Shown: positions 1 to 11,892 of the stretch, piece by piece | Position numbering within the stretch: the first letter of the stretch is position 1 | Layout: each line of letters starts with the position of its first letter | Source of the DNA: Asterias rubens | Taxonomy: Eukaryota | Direction of reading: 5' to 3' | DNA length: 64,000 bases | Assembly: GCF_902459465.1 (NCBI RefSeq) | Contig: NC_047062.1 | Location: 3,906,001-3,970,000, forward strand | Program-made: the position numbers and the translations under genes | Notes under the pieces: model-generated | The model's database searches: none | What the model saw: only the letters and a program-made list of their open reading frames with translations | What the model was told of the DNA's origin: nothing

Positions 1-1953
1 ACCCAAACCCTTAACTTTCCATGATGCCATGCATCAGAGAATATTGTGTTTGACCTCTTGTTACAAATTAACTGTCACTATGACAACCTAGCCCTCTCTA
101 TATTTCAGCTAACTCAATTAGCCATCTTGAGGTATGGTGGACACATTCAAGGATGGCACTATGGTTTGGGTAAATCTGTCTGTATACACCCAAACCAAAC
201 AGTGCTGTCCTTTTATTCTTAACCATATACACAAGAAAAAGGCTAATTGATGTGGCATAAACCCAACAACAGTCAAAAGTTCCTCCATGAGTTGTATTTG
301 AAACTCGATTGATTGGTTCCTTTTCAAATTAATTTAAACCACTACAAAGATTCTTATTCTGTTGGAAGAGATAATAAAAGCAGTGAGGTGACACAACATT
401 AGTCAACACTTCTTTCCAAAATCATGTTGTCGCTTTTTTTTGTTCCTGGCTAAACAAAAGTTCTTAAAGATTCCACAAAAGTAGAGAAGCAAAGTATTAT
501 TAAGGTTTTTTTACTTTCAGTGAGGTAAAATGGATTTCATGATTATACAAAAAAAAAGCCTACAAGTTACTTTTTGTTTGGGAACTGGAAACAAAAAACA
601 AGAGCATGATGGACCCATCCAGTCAATACACAATGCTTTATAATCCAAAACAAATAAAGAGGAAAATTGATGGCGATATGAGACTCGTTTACATGATTAA
701 TCAACTCTGATTAAAAACGAATCAAGGGATTACCCTCCACATAAAATAAAAACAAATAATTTTCTTGTCACGCATGACCGCTCTGTGGCCTGGTGAATAC
801 GTGACTCTGTAATAAGCCTTTACAACCAGAAGGCGAGGGATCTCAATTTTGTATTATTTTTTTTTGTTTTTTCAAAGATACTTCACGTCTGAAAATTCCT
901 GATAATTGGTAAGCAGAAGCGGCTAGATTGGGTACTGAACCATAGGGCACTGATCGTGCATAATACAACTAACTATGTAGGAGCCGCAAGCATAACGTGT
1001 ATACATAACGTTATCATGACAAGGCTTTCACCACGACAGAGATACACACTGCAATATCTATTTTCCCTGCAAGACAACGATTTGAAACAAACTCATATCA
1101 TTGTCAAGCATTTTTATTATTTATTATTTTCTTTTAGGGGAGACATAAAATCTTTACACAAAATGTTTGATGTGACAATTTTCCAGCATTAGTATAATTT
1201 TTGTGTGAGTAAATTGTTAGCTGGACACTAGTCATCCTCTTACATGCTACTGAGACTCCTAATTATGCCACACAAAAAGACAAAGAGAATAATTGCAGGT
1301 AGAGCCTATACAAATTAGGCATATTGCTAAAGACTAATAATTCTATGGTGCAACCTTGCAATATGTTTCAGTTCTTACTCTCAAGTCCAGTTTACAAACT
1401 CAAATGTAAAATTTTCAGCCAGGTGGAAAAAGTAACAGAAAGAGAACATAATTGTGTACAAAAATACATAATTACCACGCATGAAATTTTGTTCATGAGT
1501 CAGTCAGTGAATGCATTGTGCCCTGGTTAGCATTGTTTTTTTTCACACTGCCTCAACAAATATTTTTTTTAAATCTAAACATAAATATTTTATCAGATAT
1601 TGTATAGTATTTACCAAAAGTGTGTACATTAAATTTCCCATTCCCGTCCACATGTGATTTTCAAGTGGTAAATGTCACCAGATAATTACTTCAATTAAAT
1701 ATTAAGAAAAGTCAACACATAATTTGAAAAGGAACTATACAAACTTTATCCAGCCAACTGAAGAATAAAACATCGTCCATTATTGTTGTTCGGTTAAATT
1801 TTAACTGGAAATGCCAAATAGCTGAAGTATAGCGAGTGCTTTAGTTCAAAGTTGAGTTCAGGACTAGTTAATAAGGTTGCAGTTACTATTCCTTTTTTTA
1901 CCACCCCCCGCATGCAAAAACTGTATAAAAAGAATGCAGCCATCTCTCTTTTT

Positions 1954-1985
<32 letters not shown>

Positions 1986-3756
1986 TATTTTTTTCATATA
2001 TATTTTTTTTTAACTCTTTGGGTGAGATTTGGTAAGAACGAGAAAAACAAAAAAAGGTAAAAAAAAATATCATTGTGCAATTTTTAGTTTGTTTTTCATT
2101 TTATGATAATATGTACGTTGTTACTTGCTTTAAGACAATTTTCTCAGTGAATTATTGAACAAAGTACTATTAGTAATGTTTAAAAAACAATTAATACAAA
2201 AAATGTGAAATTTTTCAGTTTTTTCTGGGTGTTATTAAAATTGTCAGACATATGATATTAAACTATAGACAGCTTATTATACTAGACATGATATTTTCTG
2301 CCTTGTATTTAACGATGATGTTCTTGCCATTAGACGATTCAGATCGTATGCCAGTTTCCTAGCTAGCAGACGCCGATTTTGAACTTTTGAAATTAGCATA
2401 AATTACATGAATTTGCTCGAGTTAAATTATGGCTCATTGATATTTAATGGGACTTTTTATGGGTTGAGAGTGATTGTCATCATTTACATTGTGCTCATTT
2501 ATTAGCATAATCTGGTGTAATTATGCATATATTTGCATAATTATGCATATCATGTTAATCCAAGCATAATTATGTTTTGTATGCATATTTATGCAAATAA
2601 AGGTTGCAGGTTGGGGTGAACACCCATTGCCTATACTGGCCTTGAACCTGGTTCGTAATTATACAGGTGTGTTTAATACCATGTACTAATGGAGATTCAT
2701 TTTTTACCTTCCCCAAGAGAATTTCTCCAAGATTATAACTGTTGATAAGAGTGTCATTTCACATCCTCAAGGTTACAAGCAGATTTGGACTTTAAAAGAG
2801 CAATTTTAGCATTTATGGTAACACCGTTTGTCAGTTTTCAATTGTGTGTTCTTTCTTTAATACAAGTCAGTCTCCATTAATCGTCGCTTTTGATACAAAA
2901 TATCCCCCTCCCCTGCTCTTGCCCCCAAAAGGTTTCAATTGTAATTGTAAACTGCAGATGTAAAACAGCATCAATTCTCGACAATGAACCTTTTTGACCA
3001 TGAGTCCAGTGCTTGGAGGAGACGAGAGGAATAGGATGTTGTTCTTGGGGTCTGGACCCTTGACCCCAACATTGCTTGTGGCCATTTAATCTATTCAACC
3101 CATCCCCACCAGTCTAGACACAAAATATATTACAAATATAAAATAACATCAAAACATGACACATATTTTCACACCTTAATTCAGGAAACAATGACTGTTA
3201 TAGGCCTTAAAAAGCTGTGACATACAGCCTGGACTTCCTGCAGAAAACATTGAAAATTTGTATATATTTTTTACGAAGATTTGTATCAAATTTTTTTTAT
3301 GAAGACAGAGAAACTCAAAACTTGTTCACCTGTTGTTGTTTTTTACCTGTTGAATTTATGTGGAAACTATAATATGACCAGTGTTGTATCTCGCCTACCA
3401 AAAAGGACCAGGAATGTACAAGTTCACTCTTTTTGTAAATAAGGTTACATGGTCTATACAAACCAGAGTTTGGGATCTGTATACACAAAATGTAAATTTA
3501 AGTAAGACTGGAGGTAAAAGACAAAAGTCCTTTAAATGATACCGGATATGGATATAGCGCATCTAACAAAAATGTTCTCAAAGTACTGGAACAAAGAGAA
3601 ATATGTTTAAGACAGATCTTTGAACTTTTGAATCATGAGATCGATTATAAATGTCTTCAAGGTGCTGCGGTGCACTCAACCCCCCACTGCCATAAACTGA
3701 GCAAAAAGTGTAACTATTTTTATTAACGGGCACTACACAACACACGAGACCTACGC

Positions 3757-3915
3757 TTTTACATCCCATCCACCAGACGAAGCAATGATGGTAAAGTGCC
3801 TCTCGCTTAAGGACACAATTATCAAGACCTCTACCCCTGTAGGGACTCGAACCCACGCTCTGCTTATCAGAAACACCAAAGCTCTAGTGCACTTGACCGC
3901 TCGGCCAAGACACGC
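3757..3915 (-). mobile_element. tRNA-derived SINE (family S1)
   Basis: Minus strand has A box TGGCCGAGCGG, B box GGTTCGAGTCCC, then body TGTGTCCTTAAGCGAGAGGCACTTTACCATC. Same head as the copy at 17468. Confidence 0.75.
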
Positions 3916-3991
3916 AAATGGATGATCAATATTTGTTAACAAGCCAATTTCATCTGCCCCATTTCAAAAATTGTCCTCAATCATAATTTAG

Positions 3992-4109
3992 AAACAAAGG
4001 GACAACACAAGGACCAGTCCTCTCCAAAGGACGTCCGAAGGAGGACATTGGTTTCTTCCTCCAATTACGGCCATTCAAGATAACCTTCCTTTCCCTGACA
4101 CAGATGACC
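3992..4109 (+). CDS. Candidate internal exon of an unidentified gene (NKGTTQGPVLSKGRPKEDIGFFLQLRPFKITFLSLTQMT)
   Basis: Acceptor ataatttag at 3983-3991, consensus donor gtgagt at 4110, two frames open. One frame ends in phase 0 and joins the exon at 5417. No family recognised. Confidence 0.33.
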
Positions 4110-4555
4110 GTGAGTTCTTGCAGGAAGTCAAGTACTTCCGCAATGACACAAATTGATCCTCGACAACCCAAACATGCACCAGTCTCACTCATTTATCTGA
4201 ATATGTTACGAGGATTCGGGCATATTTTGTATGCACACAGTGTGTAAACACAAGCTTGTCACGATTATTCTTTTCTAACAACATGTCACATAGCAACAAT
4301 GCAGTGTGACAAACCCTATTAAAACAGGACTCGGTAACCAGTGTGCATGTGTTTACCAAGGTGATTGCGATTGGGTACCAATTACTATTATTATGCCAGG
4401 TAATTTATATGCAGCAAACTTTGAACACAAATAAAAAGAGGATAATTTTCAGTGTTGTTTTTCAATCAACCCATTTGGATCACAATTCACATAATCTGAC
4501 ATCTGTATTTTCCTTCTTACAAAACCATCTCCTTAAAATAAGTGCACAAGCCACA

Positions 4556-4923
4556 TTAAAGATGCTATGTCAGTTTTTTGGCCGATTTGACCCAAAAATT
4601 TTGATTTAAAATTCAACAGGTATTTTGATGGGGGTCGAGAAAGTTACAAGCTTTCATTTTAGCCATTGCTCGAAAAAGTCTGCAATTATTAGTAGCAGTG
4701 AAATAAAGTGCTCAAAATAAGTTCTTGTCGGGATCCCGACAATATATCACGTGACCATATCTTATGTGTTTATAAGAAACGTTTTGTCATGGTTCCTGAC
4801 CATTAAAAGTAAAAGTTAAACTTTTTTTCGTTAGAGCGGGTGATACTCTTTGAAATACCGTCCACTCCAAAACAAAATTTTGTTTTAATGTTTGGGGCCA
4901 AAAATCTGACATAGCATCTTTAA
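4556..4923. mobile_element. TTAA-flanked Kolobok/T2-type MITE (family D)
   Basis: TIRs ttaaagatgctatgtcagttttttggcc / ggccaaaaatctgacatagcatctttaa; internal 18-bp palindrome ttgtcgggatcccgacaa (4725-4742). Confidence 0.85.
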
Positions 4924-5416
4924 GCAGCCAACCCTTGGTTACTTAAAAGTCCTCGCCCAGCATCTAACGCAAACATAACATTTTCTGCTAACCTGACTTC
5001 TGTAATGCCATATGGGCAGAGAGCTATAATATGGAACCAGACTGATCCAAACTGTTTTTAAAATACCCTTTTCATCACCCCCCATAATAAAATCCTTATC
5101 CACTGACAGGATTAGCCTACATCCATTCAATGTATACCACATTGTTGTTGTAAATCGATGGGGTTTAATAGATTCATGTTAATCATGTTTGGCTTTGCAT
5201 TCATTCATGTAGTCAATTCTAGCTTCATGTATTGGAAGCAGTAAAACTATTCATGAATTCAACCGCTAGGGTGATGTTATTTTTGTGGCTCTCCTTGTCA
5301 ACGGAACCTGTCTATTTAGGAGGCGAAATTTGACGTATTTTGATGCTCTGTATAGCAAGTTTCTGACCTTTCCTAGATCTTAAAGATGTTTCTGTTGAAT
5401 TAATTTTTCTGTCCAG

Positions 5417-5476
5417 CTGTTGTACGGTGTGAGTGAGCCAGTGATGATCTATAGGATTGGTTCATGGCCGCAGTGA
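5417..5476 (+). CDS. Candidate terminal exon (LLYGVSEPVMIYRIGSWPQ*) of the same unidentified gene
   Basis: Strong acceptor taatttttctgtccag; open in phase 0 to TGA at 5474-5476; phase-compatible with 3992-4109. Confidence 0.33.
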   Translation: MLYGVSEPVMIYRIGSWPQ

Positions 5477-5680
5477 AATTACACTAAAACCGAGGACCCG
5501 TGATACAGGAATGTACTTGATCGTCATCGTGTCAGTTCAAATAGGTCATAACATTAAGGTCATTGAGGTCATTAAGAAGTTAGGGTTGTAAAATTTTAGT
5601 TTGAATAAACAGTAAAAGTTATGATTTTTTCAAAAAATTTAAAAACGACATCATAGCCACTGCAACATTCAAATGTGAAA

Positions 5681-5787
5681 TCAAATCCCATGCATTAAAT
5701 GCTCAAGGAAGGTTGTTATGGGACCGTCTGACCATTTCCAACCAAACCCCTCACTCAATGTTGGCACCCACAGGTTGGCATCGACAT
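5681..5787 (-). pseudogene. Degenerate C-type lectin domain-like exon fragment
   Basis: Translates DVDANLWVPTLSEGFGWKWSDGPITTFLEHL, resembling the CTLD LWIGL..W.WSDG..F.NW segment but with WIGL and NW disrupted. An AG precedes it. Confidence 0.4.
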
Positions 5788-6214
5788 CTACATGTACATG
5801 TAATACTAAATACATGATTGCAGTATTAAAGGAAAATCCCAAACACTCTGGAAATTCAGAACCTTGACACTCGCTCGTGACCCTTGACACCTACTAGTGA
5901 CCCTTGAAACATACCATTCCCATTGCGGCATGATTGCCATGAAGTTTATTCCATCAGCTCGTTGATTGTTGAGCTTCATAAAAGTCGTCCCTTACATCTC
6001 AGTGCTAATGTCTTCTTATAGCAGCAGCTGTACATTAAAAATTCAAACTATGGCCTTTTTCGGTTGACAATTGCAGGCTTCAGATGAGAGGACGAAGCCT
6101 GAAGCCAAATCCAAAGCCAAGGTTTCAAAAAGGGCCATAGTGTCTGTGCTCCATCCAAGAGAAAATGAAGACATAAGAAGACACAAACAGCTATTACATT
6201 TGAATAGTCAGTTG

Positions 6215-6500
6215 GAGTAATAATAATAATAATTCGAGATTTATAAAGCGCACGTATCTGCCCTAAAATGGCACCCAAGGTGCAAAAAAAAAAAAAAAAA
6301 AACACTAGAAACAGTAATTAGCGAAATAATGACAAGTATGGAAATGACAGTTAATCGCTGGATTCCTTCATGAGGTATGTTTTCAGATGCTTGTGGAGTC
6401 AGTTATAGTAGGACTGGTGTCTTGAAGATGAGGTATAGGTTTAGTGATGAACCCCATCAGAAACCGAGACTTCTTTAGTAATCTAAAGGCCAGTACTGGC
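6215..6500 (-). mobile_element. L2-like LINE 3' end fragment
   Basis: Minus strand encodes PHLQDTSPTITD/HKHLKTYLMK (frameshifted), like the L2 RT C-terminus FKKHLKTYLF. It is followed by a gcgctttataaat motif and a (TTA)n tail. Confidence 0.6.
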
Positions 6501-7236
6501 TTTAATCAAGTACTGCGCTAAAGACCTAAGTTACTTTGACAAAACATTGCTTTTAAGTTCCCCCTTAGATTTGTAACTTAGGCATACAAGGCAAGCAAAA
6601 TAAGACCACGGTTCCCGTGTTAGTATTAAAGGTACAATTGGTTTGCGTCTTTGTCGGGCATGTCTGAATGAGAATACTTCTCATCGAAACCGATATAAGG
6701 TTTATTTTATACAGAATAAATAACGCAGCAATAGAATCCAGCATGTATTTCCACTTATATACAAACACTTGTTTTTATATACAACAAATAAACAGCAATG
6801 AAAGACAGTAAACAAGTGTATACCCACATGTACAGAACCAGTACATCTATACATGAAAAACATATGGACAAGGTCACAGAAGGACGAATGAGAGTTATTA
6901 GCAAATACTGTAGTGCTTTATGTCAAAAATTCTTTCGAGAATACATTAAAAAGCATATAAAAAATGACTTGCTGGTGACAAAAATATGAGGGTACCTTTC
7001 CGTTATTTTAATTTTGTTTCCACTTCAATGAGCAGACGTGTCCTTGGATTGGTTTTGCGTAACTCTTTTGAGTCTCATTAAAACAGTACACCTCCTTTAG
7101 AATTCGGTGATGTAATTCCTGAAATTGTCAAATACAATTCTTTACTTTGACTTGCTGATTCAAAATATTGAGGCCAGGGCTGTAGAAAGGGTTTGCGCAA
7201 AAACCCTTGAAAATATATACATATTGATTAGCTTGT

Positions 7237-8015
7237 TTAAAGTTGCATTGTCAGATTTTTTGCCGACTTGGAGTCAAAAATCAATTTTGAATAGTGAACG
7301 AATTTAGAAAGGATATATATTTGTGTAACGAAAAATATAAAAAGTGAAGATTTGTGACGTTAGGAACGATAGTAATAACACTTTTAAATTCTGCATTCCG
7401 AGGACTTCATTCTGATTGGCTGACTGCTGGCAAATCTGGCGGCCAATCAGAAGGATAAGCATGTTAATGAATATTCATGATGAATACTCATTTTTCACAT
7501 GACACACAGCGATCGCGATATACACCATAGAGTTATATATAAGAACTAGAGGGCGCACTGGCCTATAAACACGCTCCGGCATGCGCGCAGGCGGCCATTT
7601 TCTTAGTTGACAAAACTGGCATTTTGTAAGTTGAACAAAACAGCATCGCGTAGCGTTCAATAAACACAAACACCAACGTGTGTTTCATATTCAACGCGCG
7701 TACATAATGGCGTGGGCTTATCAAATGTACATATGTACATGTATTATAGTACATACACTGCAACTTATGAATATGCATAACAACTAACTTTTCTTATGAA
7801 TAATGCATTTTTCAGCAGTGACATGAATTATTGTCGGGATCCCGACAATAATTCATTTTAGTTTTTAATTAACTATCAATAATCATTGGTGGATTTTTTC
7901 GTGCAATACATCAAATGAAAGTTAAGAACTTTTTATAATCTTTTAAAATAGCTATTCGAAATTTAAATCAAAATTTGCGGGTAAATCGGCCAAAAATCTG
8001 ACAATGCAACTTTAA
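7237..8015. mobile_element. TTAA-flanked Kolobok/T2-type MITE (family D-related), carrying a nested hAT MITE fragment
   Basis: TIRs ttaaagttgcattgtcagattttttgccga / tcggccaaaaatctgacaatgcaactttaa; same gtcgggatcccgac palindrome as 4556-4923. Confidence 0.8.
7526..7716 (+). mobile_element. Truncated hAT-type MITE (left end only)
   Basis: Begins catagagttatatataagaactagagggcgcactggcctata, matching the complete copy at 52671; right TIR absent. Confidence 0.75.
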
Positions 8016-8869
8016 TTAACTTGTGTCATTGTAACATCTTTTGATATTGTAGTTTTGTATCCATTTTATTATTGTGACACTGAAACCAGCATGTGAGAGC
8101 AACATGGTAATAAAAGTAGTTTCCCTATGCAGTCATCCGAAACTAGTAAAAAATCTGCTTTTAATACTGATGCAGGTTCCAAACATTCCAAAGTATGTTG
8201 AAATTCCGTTCATACTCCGGCATAAAGAGTTTTTATGTACCATTTAGCTTCACATTAAAGACATAGGACATGACATATTTCATGGCATACCGGCAAATAA
8301 TACAGTAACATTTCAGTTATTTTTAAATAGAAAATATAGGTACATGTACACACATACACATACATGTACAACTACTATAAAACTACATGGCATATCTTCC
8401 TTAAATGCATTCCTTAATTCAGATTTATTTCTTCTGAGAAAGGAAAACAAAAAAAAAGCGGAGAGCAAATCCTTCCGGATTTGCATTCCATGTTGATGTC
8501 AGAGGAATGCAGGAGTCCTAGTTTGCATTCAAAGATTACATACAGATCAAATATATATGGATTCTCCATTAAATCTCTGAATATGTACATAGTCAATGAA
8601 AGTCAAGGGCAATTTGCATTAATCAAGCTGGGTAGCAATTTCATTACTCTGCTTGGGAGCTCGTTTTAATTAAATTCCAATTGAAGCACACAACTTACTG
8701 GCAACAGGAGTAGCATCGTGTAATGAACGTTGGACACCATATAGTGCTTTGAGAAAAAACATTTCCCAGTTTTTTAAAGTAGCGAGGAAATATAAAGTGC
8801 AGCGGACTACCAGCGGATGGACAAAGATTTTTGTGTTAAGATATACTCTTTTCAGTTTCTGGGCCCAAT

Positions 8870-9255
8870 TTAAAGGCAGTGGACACTATTGGTAATTACT
8901 CAAAATAATTAATAGCACAAAACATTACTTTGTAACGAGTAATGGGGAGAGGTTGATAGTATAAAACATTGTGAGAAACGGCTCCCTCTGAAGTAACGTA
9001 GTTTTCGAGAGAGAAGTAATTTTCATTGAATTTGATTTCAAGACCTCAGATTTAGAATTTGAGGTCTCGAAATCAAGAATCTGAATGCGCACAACTTCGT
9101 ATGACAAGGGTGTTTTTTCTATATTTAATATCTCGCAACTTCGATGACCGATTGAGTTCAAATTTTCACAGGTTTGTTATTTAATGCATATGTTGAGATA
9201 CAGCAAGTGAGAAGACTGGTCTTTGACAATTACCAATAGTGTCTAGCGTCTTTAA
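8870..9255. mobile_element. TTAA-flanked Kolobok/T2-type MITE (family A), full length
   Basis: ttaaaggcagtggacactattggtaatt ... aattaccaatagtgtctagcgtctttaa; one of 8 copies in the window. Confidence 0.9.
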
Positions 9256-9415
9256 TAGGATAGAGTCGCTTCAGGCACAACAAATTATAGCTAAGAACAA
9301 AAACATTTTGCTTACCAGAATAAGGTTACCTGAGAAAATACCACATTGCGACTGGTATCCTGCTAATATTTCATTAAGTAAATATTGTTAAGCAGTATTT
9401 GCTGCTTGAAGGAGC
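9256..9415. mobile_element. Harbinger-type MITE body; its TIR gggcccaat (8861-8869) is separated from it by the family A insertion
   Basis: gcttaccagaataaggttacc...gactggtatcctgct...ttgttaagcagtattt is similar to the reverse complement of 24721-24874. Confidence 0.55.
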
Positions 9416-10161
9416 ATACCGATTTAACGTTTACATAATTTAGTGATGCAGAATCAAAGACAATAATTTTTAGATGGTTTTTGTAAAAAATAAAAAATAA
9501 ATCATAAAATGAGAGATGTTCGAAACAACAAAAGCAAAGGTCAACATGTACGCTTGACCATCTGTTTGCGAGGGTCACATTTACAAGGCAATGTTGCACA
9601 ATGATGCAAGTAGACTGGTGCTTTGTTTAAATGTAAATATTATAACTATGGCGAGGTATAATGATCCAGTCTGCAAATATCCATCCAGCAGAAAGTCATG
9701 TATAAACAACCACCATATACACACATCAGTCCAATCTATACAAAGCGATTTTTCTTTTGTCCAGCGAAGGTTAGCCCACTTTATTGGATATTGGGCTGTT
9801 ACGGCGCTCTTTTTTATCAGGTTTGTATAGCCATGCAAGAGAGCTATAACAGCCCAATGCCATGGTGAACAGTCCTTCAACATGCAATGATCATCCAAAA
9901 AACACCACAAAGAAAGAAAAACCAAAAGGCGGTAAAAAATTTAAAAAAGGAAAAAAATAGTTCCAAAGATCAGAAAATCTATCAGAAACAAAAATTCTGG
10001 TTTGGATAAATTATGTGACCTCAATTTTTATTTGTTTTGTCTCAAAATGGAAAAGTTTATTGGTTTCTTTTATGAAACGGGCTCTACTTCTGGAAACCTT
10101 CGGTGTCATGTTTGGGTTTATTTTGTATCTAAACAGCCCAAAATGATGCACTTGAGTACCT

Positions 10162-10530
10162 TTAAAAGCAGAGGACACTATTGGTAATTACTCCACATAA
10201 TTATCAGCATAGAACCTTACTTTGGTTAGGAGTAATGGGGAGCTGTTGACAGTATAAATCATTGTGAGAAACGGCTCCCTCTTAAGTAACGTAGTTTTCC
10301 ACTTATGATTTCGAGACCTCCAGATTTAGAATTTAAGGTCTCCAAATCAAGCATCCAAAAAAGCACACAACTACGTGCGACAAGGTGTTTTTTCTTTCAT
10401 TATTATCTCGCAACTTCGACGACCAGTTGAGCTACGTTGTCACAGGTTTGTTATTTTATGCACAATGTTGAGATACAGCAAGTGAGAAGACTGGTCTTTG
10501 ACAATTACCAAAGGTGCCCAGTGTCTTTAA
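10162..10530. mobile_element. Family A MITE
   Basis: ttaaaagcagaggacactattggtaatt ... aattaccaaaggtgcccagtgtctttaa; abuts a Harbinger-type TIR remnant tgaaattggaccctg. Confidence 0.9.
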
Positions 10531-11607
10531 GCAGCTCAATGAAATTGGACCCTGGAACTTAGCTTCTAATTTTAACTTCAAAGAAAACATAAAACTTCAA
10601 AAGGTGGCTTTTGAGAAACTAAATGTTATCAGTTTTAAGATGACTTTTTATCGAACCGGCTTTTAAATAAAATTTTCTGCCAAATAACATTCAATCGGGC
10701 TTACAGAAAATGGGTTTATGGCATCTTAATATTTAACATATTCTTTATCAGTTAATATTGCAATTTTTCTTGCTAAATCTGCTTCAACATGATAACATAA
10801 CACTACTCAAATATATCACATTTTCATCTGTATAATTTCAAGAAATTGTGTAAAGTTTCTTAGATTAGTTTTTACATTGAGGTTATAGGCCTAACTGAAA
10901 TCCTTATTACCACTGATGAATTAATGGAAATTTTTTTTCTTGTAAAGTGTAGCCTCTTTAAAATTGCTAAACTACGCCCTACCAATCCTTGACTAATATG
11001 AGGATACATGTGAGATATATCATTTTGGAGAGCAATTCATTTGATGCAATAGGACAGCTGCTATAATGCAGAGTAATGTAATGGCAACTCATCTTCCTCT
11101 ATGTCCAGACTAGTGAAAATAATTGCCCTCCTGCAATAACCGCGATTGAGTTTGGAACTAATCGCCTGCGACATGCCTCCCCCATATATTTCAATACAAC
11201 CCCCCCCCCCCTCCCGCTTTGATTGCTCCAATGCCGATGAGCTGGGGCTCCATGTTATCATTTGACTGGATTTCAATGGATGCCTTTACTACCGATAATA
11301 ACCAATGTTTGTCTCAAATATATTGCCCTAATTTTTCTTCTCAATAAAGCGTATTTGTCACATCACAGCGCATTAACTATGGTGCGCATCTGTGTACTTC
11401 GGGTTAGACCCTAACACAGACTGACAAACGCATAGGAGGAGACAACCAAGCGTACCAAAACTAACATTTCATTGCCGATTATAAAGCAAGAGATTTTCCC
11501 ACCATGGAGAATTGTAGAAAAAGAACTACCAGACAAACAAGCAAACAAACAAATCATATAATATTTCTGTTCAATGAAAAGGTTTAATAATTGTTTAGAT
11601 TGTATTG

Positions 11608-11892
11608 TTAACTTTTTGGTTTTACCCATACACCCACATGTGTTAGCACTGTATTATCAGTACTTTCCCTGAGTTCTGTGAAAAAATATCACAGGCATGT
11701 TACTTGGTAGGGACTCAAACCCACGACCAGTGCAATTCTAGAGCAGTGTCTTACCAACCAGACCACCGAGATTGCCCGGTAGCTAGAGGCAGTTCAAATC
11801 CTATGTTTTGGCAGCGGGTACGACAACGAAATAATAGATGTTAAATTTGCATCGGGGATAAGAATATTCCTTTTGGTTTTACCATACACCGA
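11608..11892 (-). mobile_element. Terminally redundant retroposon with an internal tRNA-like sequence (family T2)
   Basis: 12-bp TSD tagattgtattg (11596-11607, 11893-11904); ~22-bp terminal direct repeat cttt(t)tggtttta(c)ccatacacc; minus-strand D arm GTCT-GGTTGGTA-AGAC and B box GGTTTGAGTCCC at ~11700-11771. Confidence 0.8.

Noticed and set aside
8860-10558. Possible 1.7-kb composite Harbinger element bounded by gggcccaat...attggaccc
   Set aside because: More simply explained as two separate Harbinger MITE remnants, each hit by a family A MITE.
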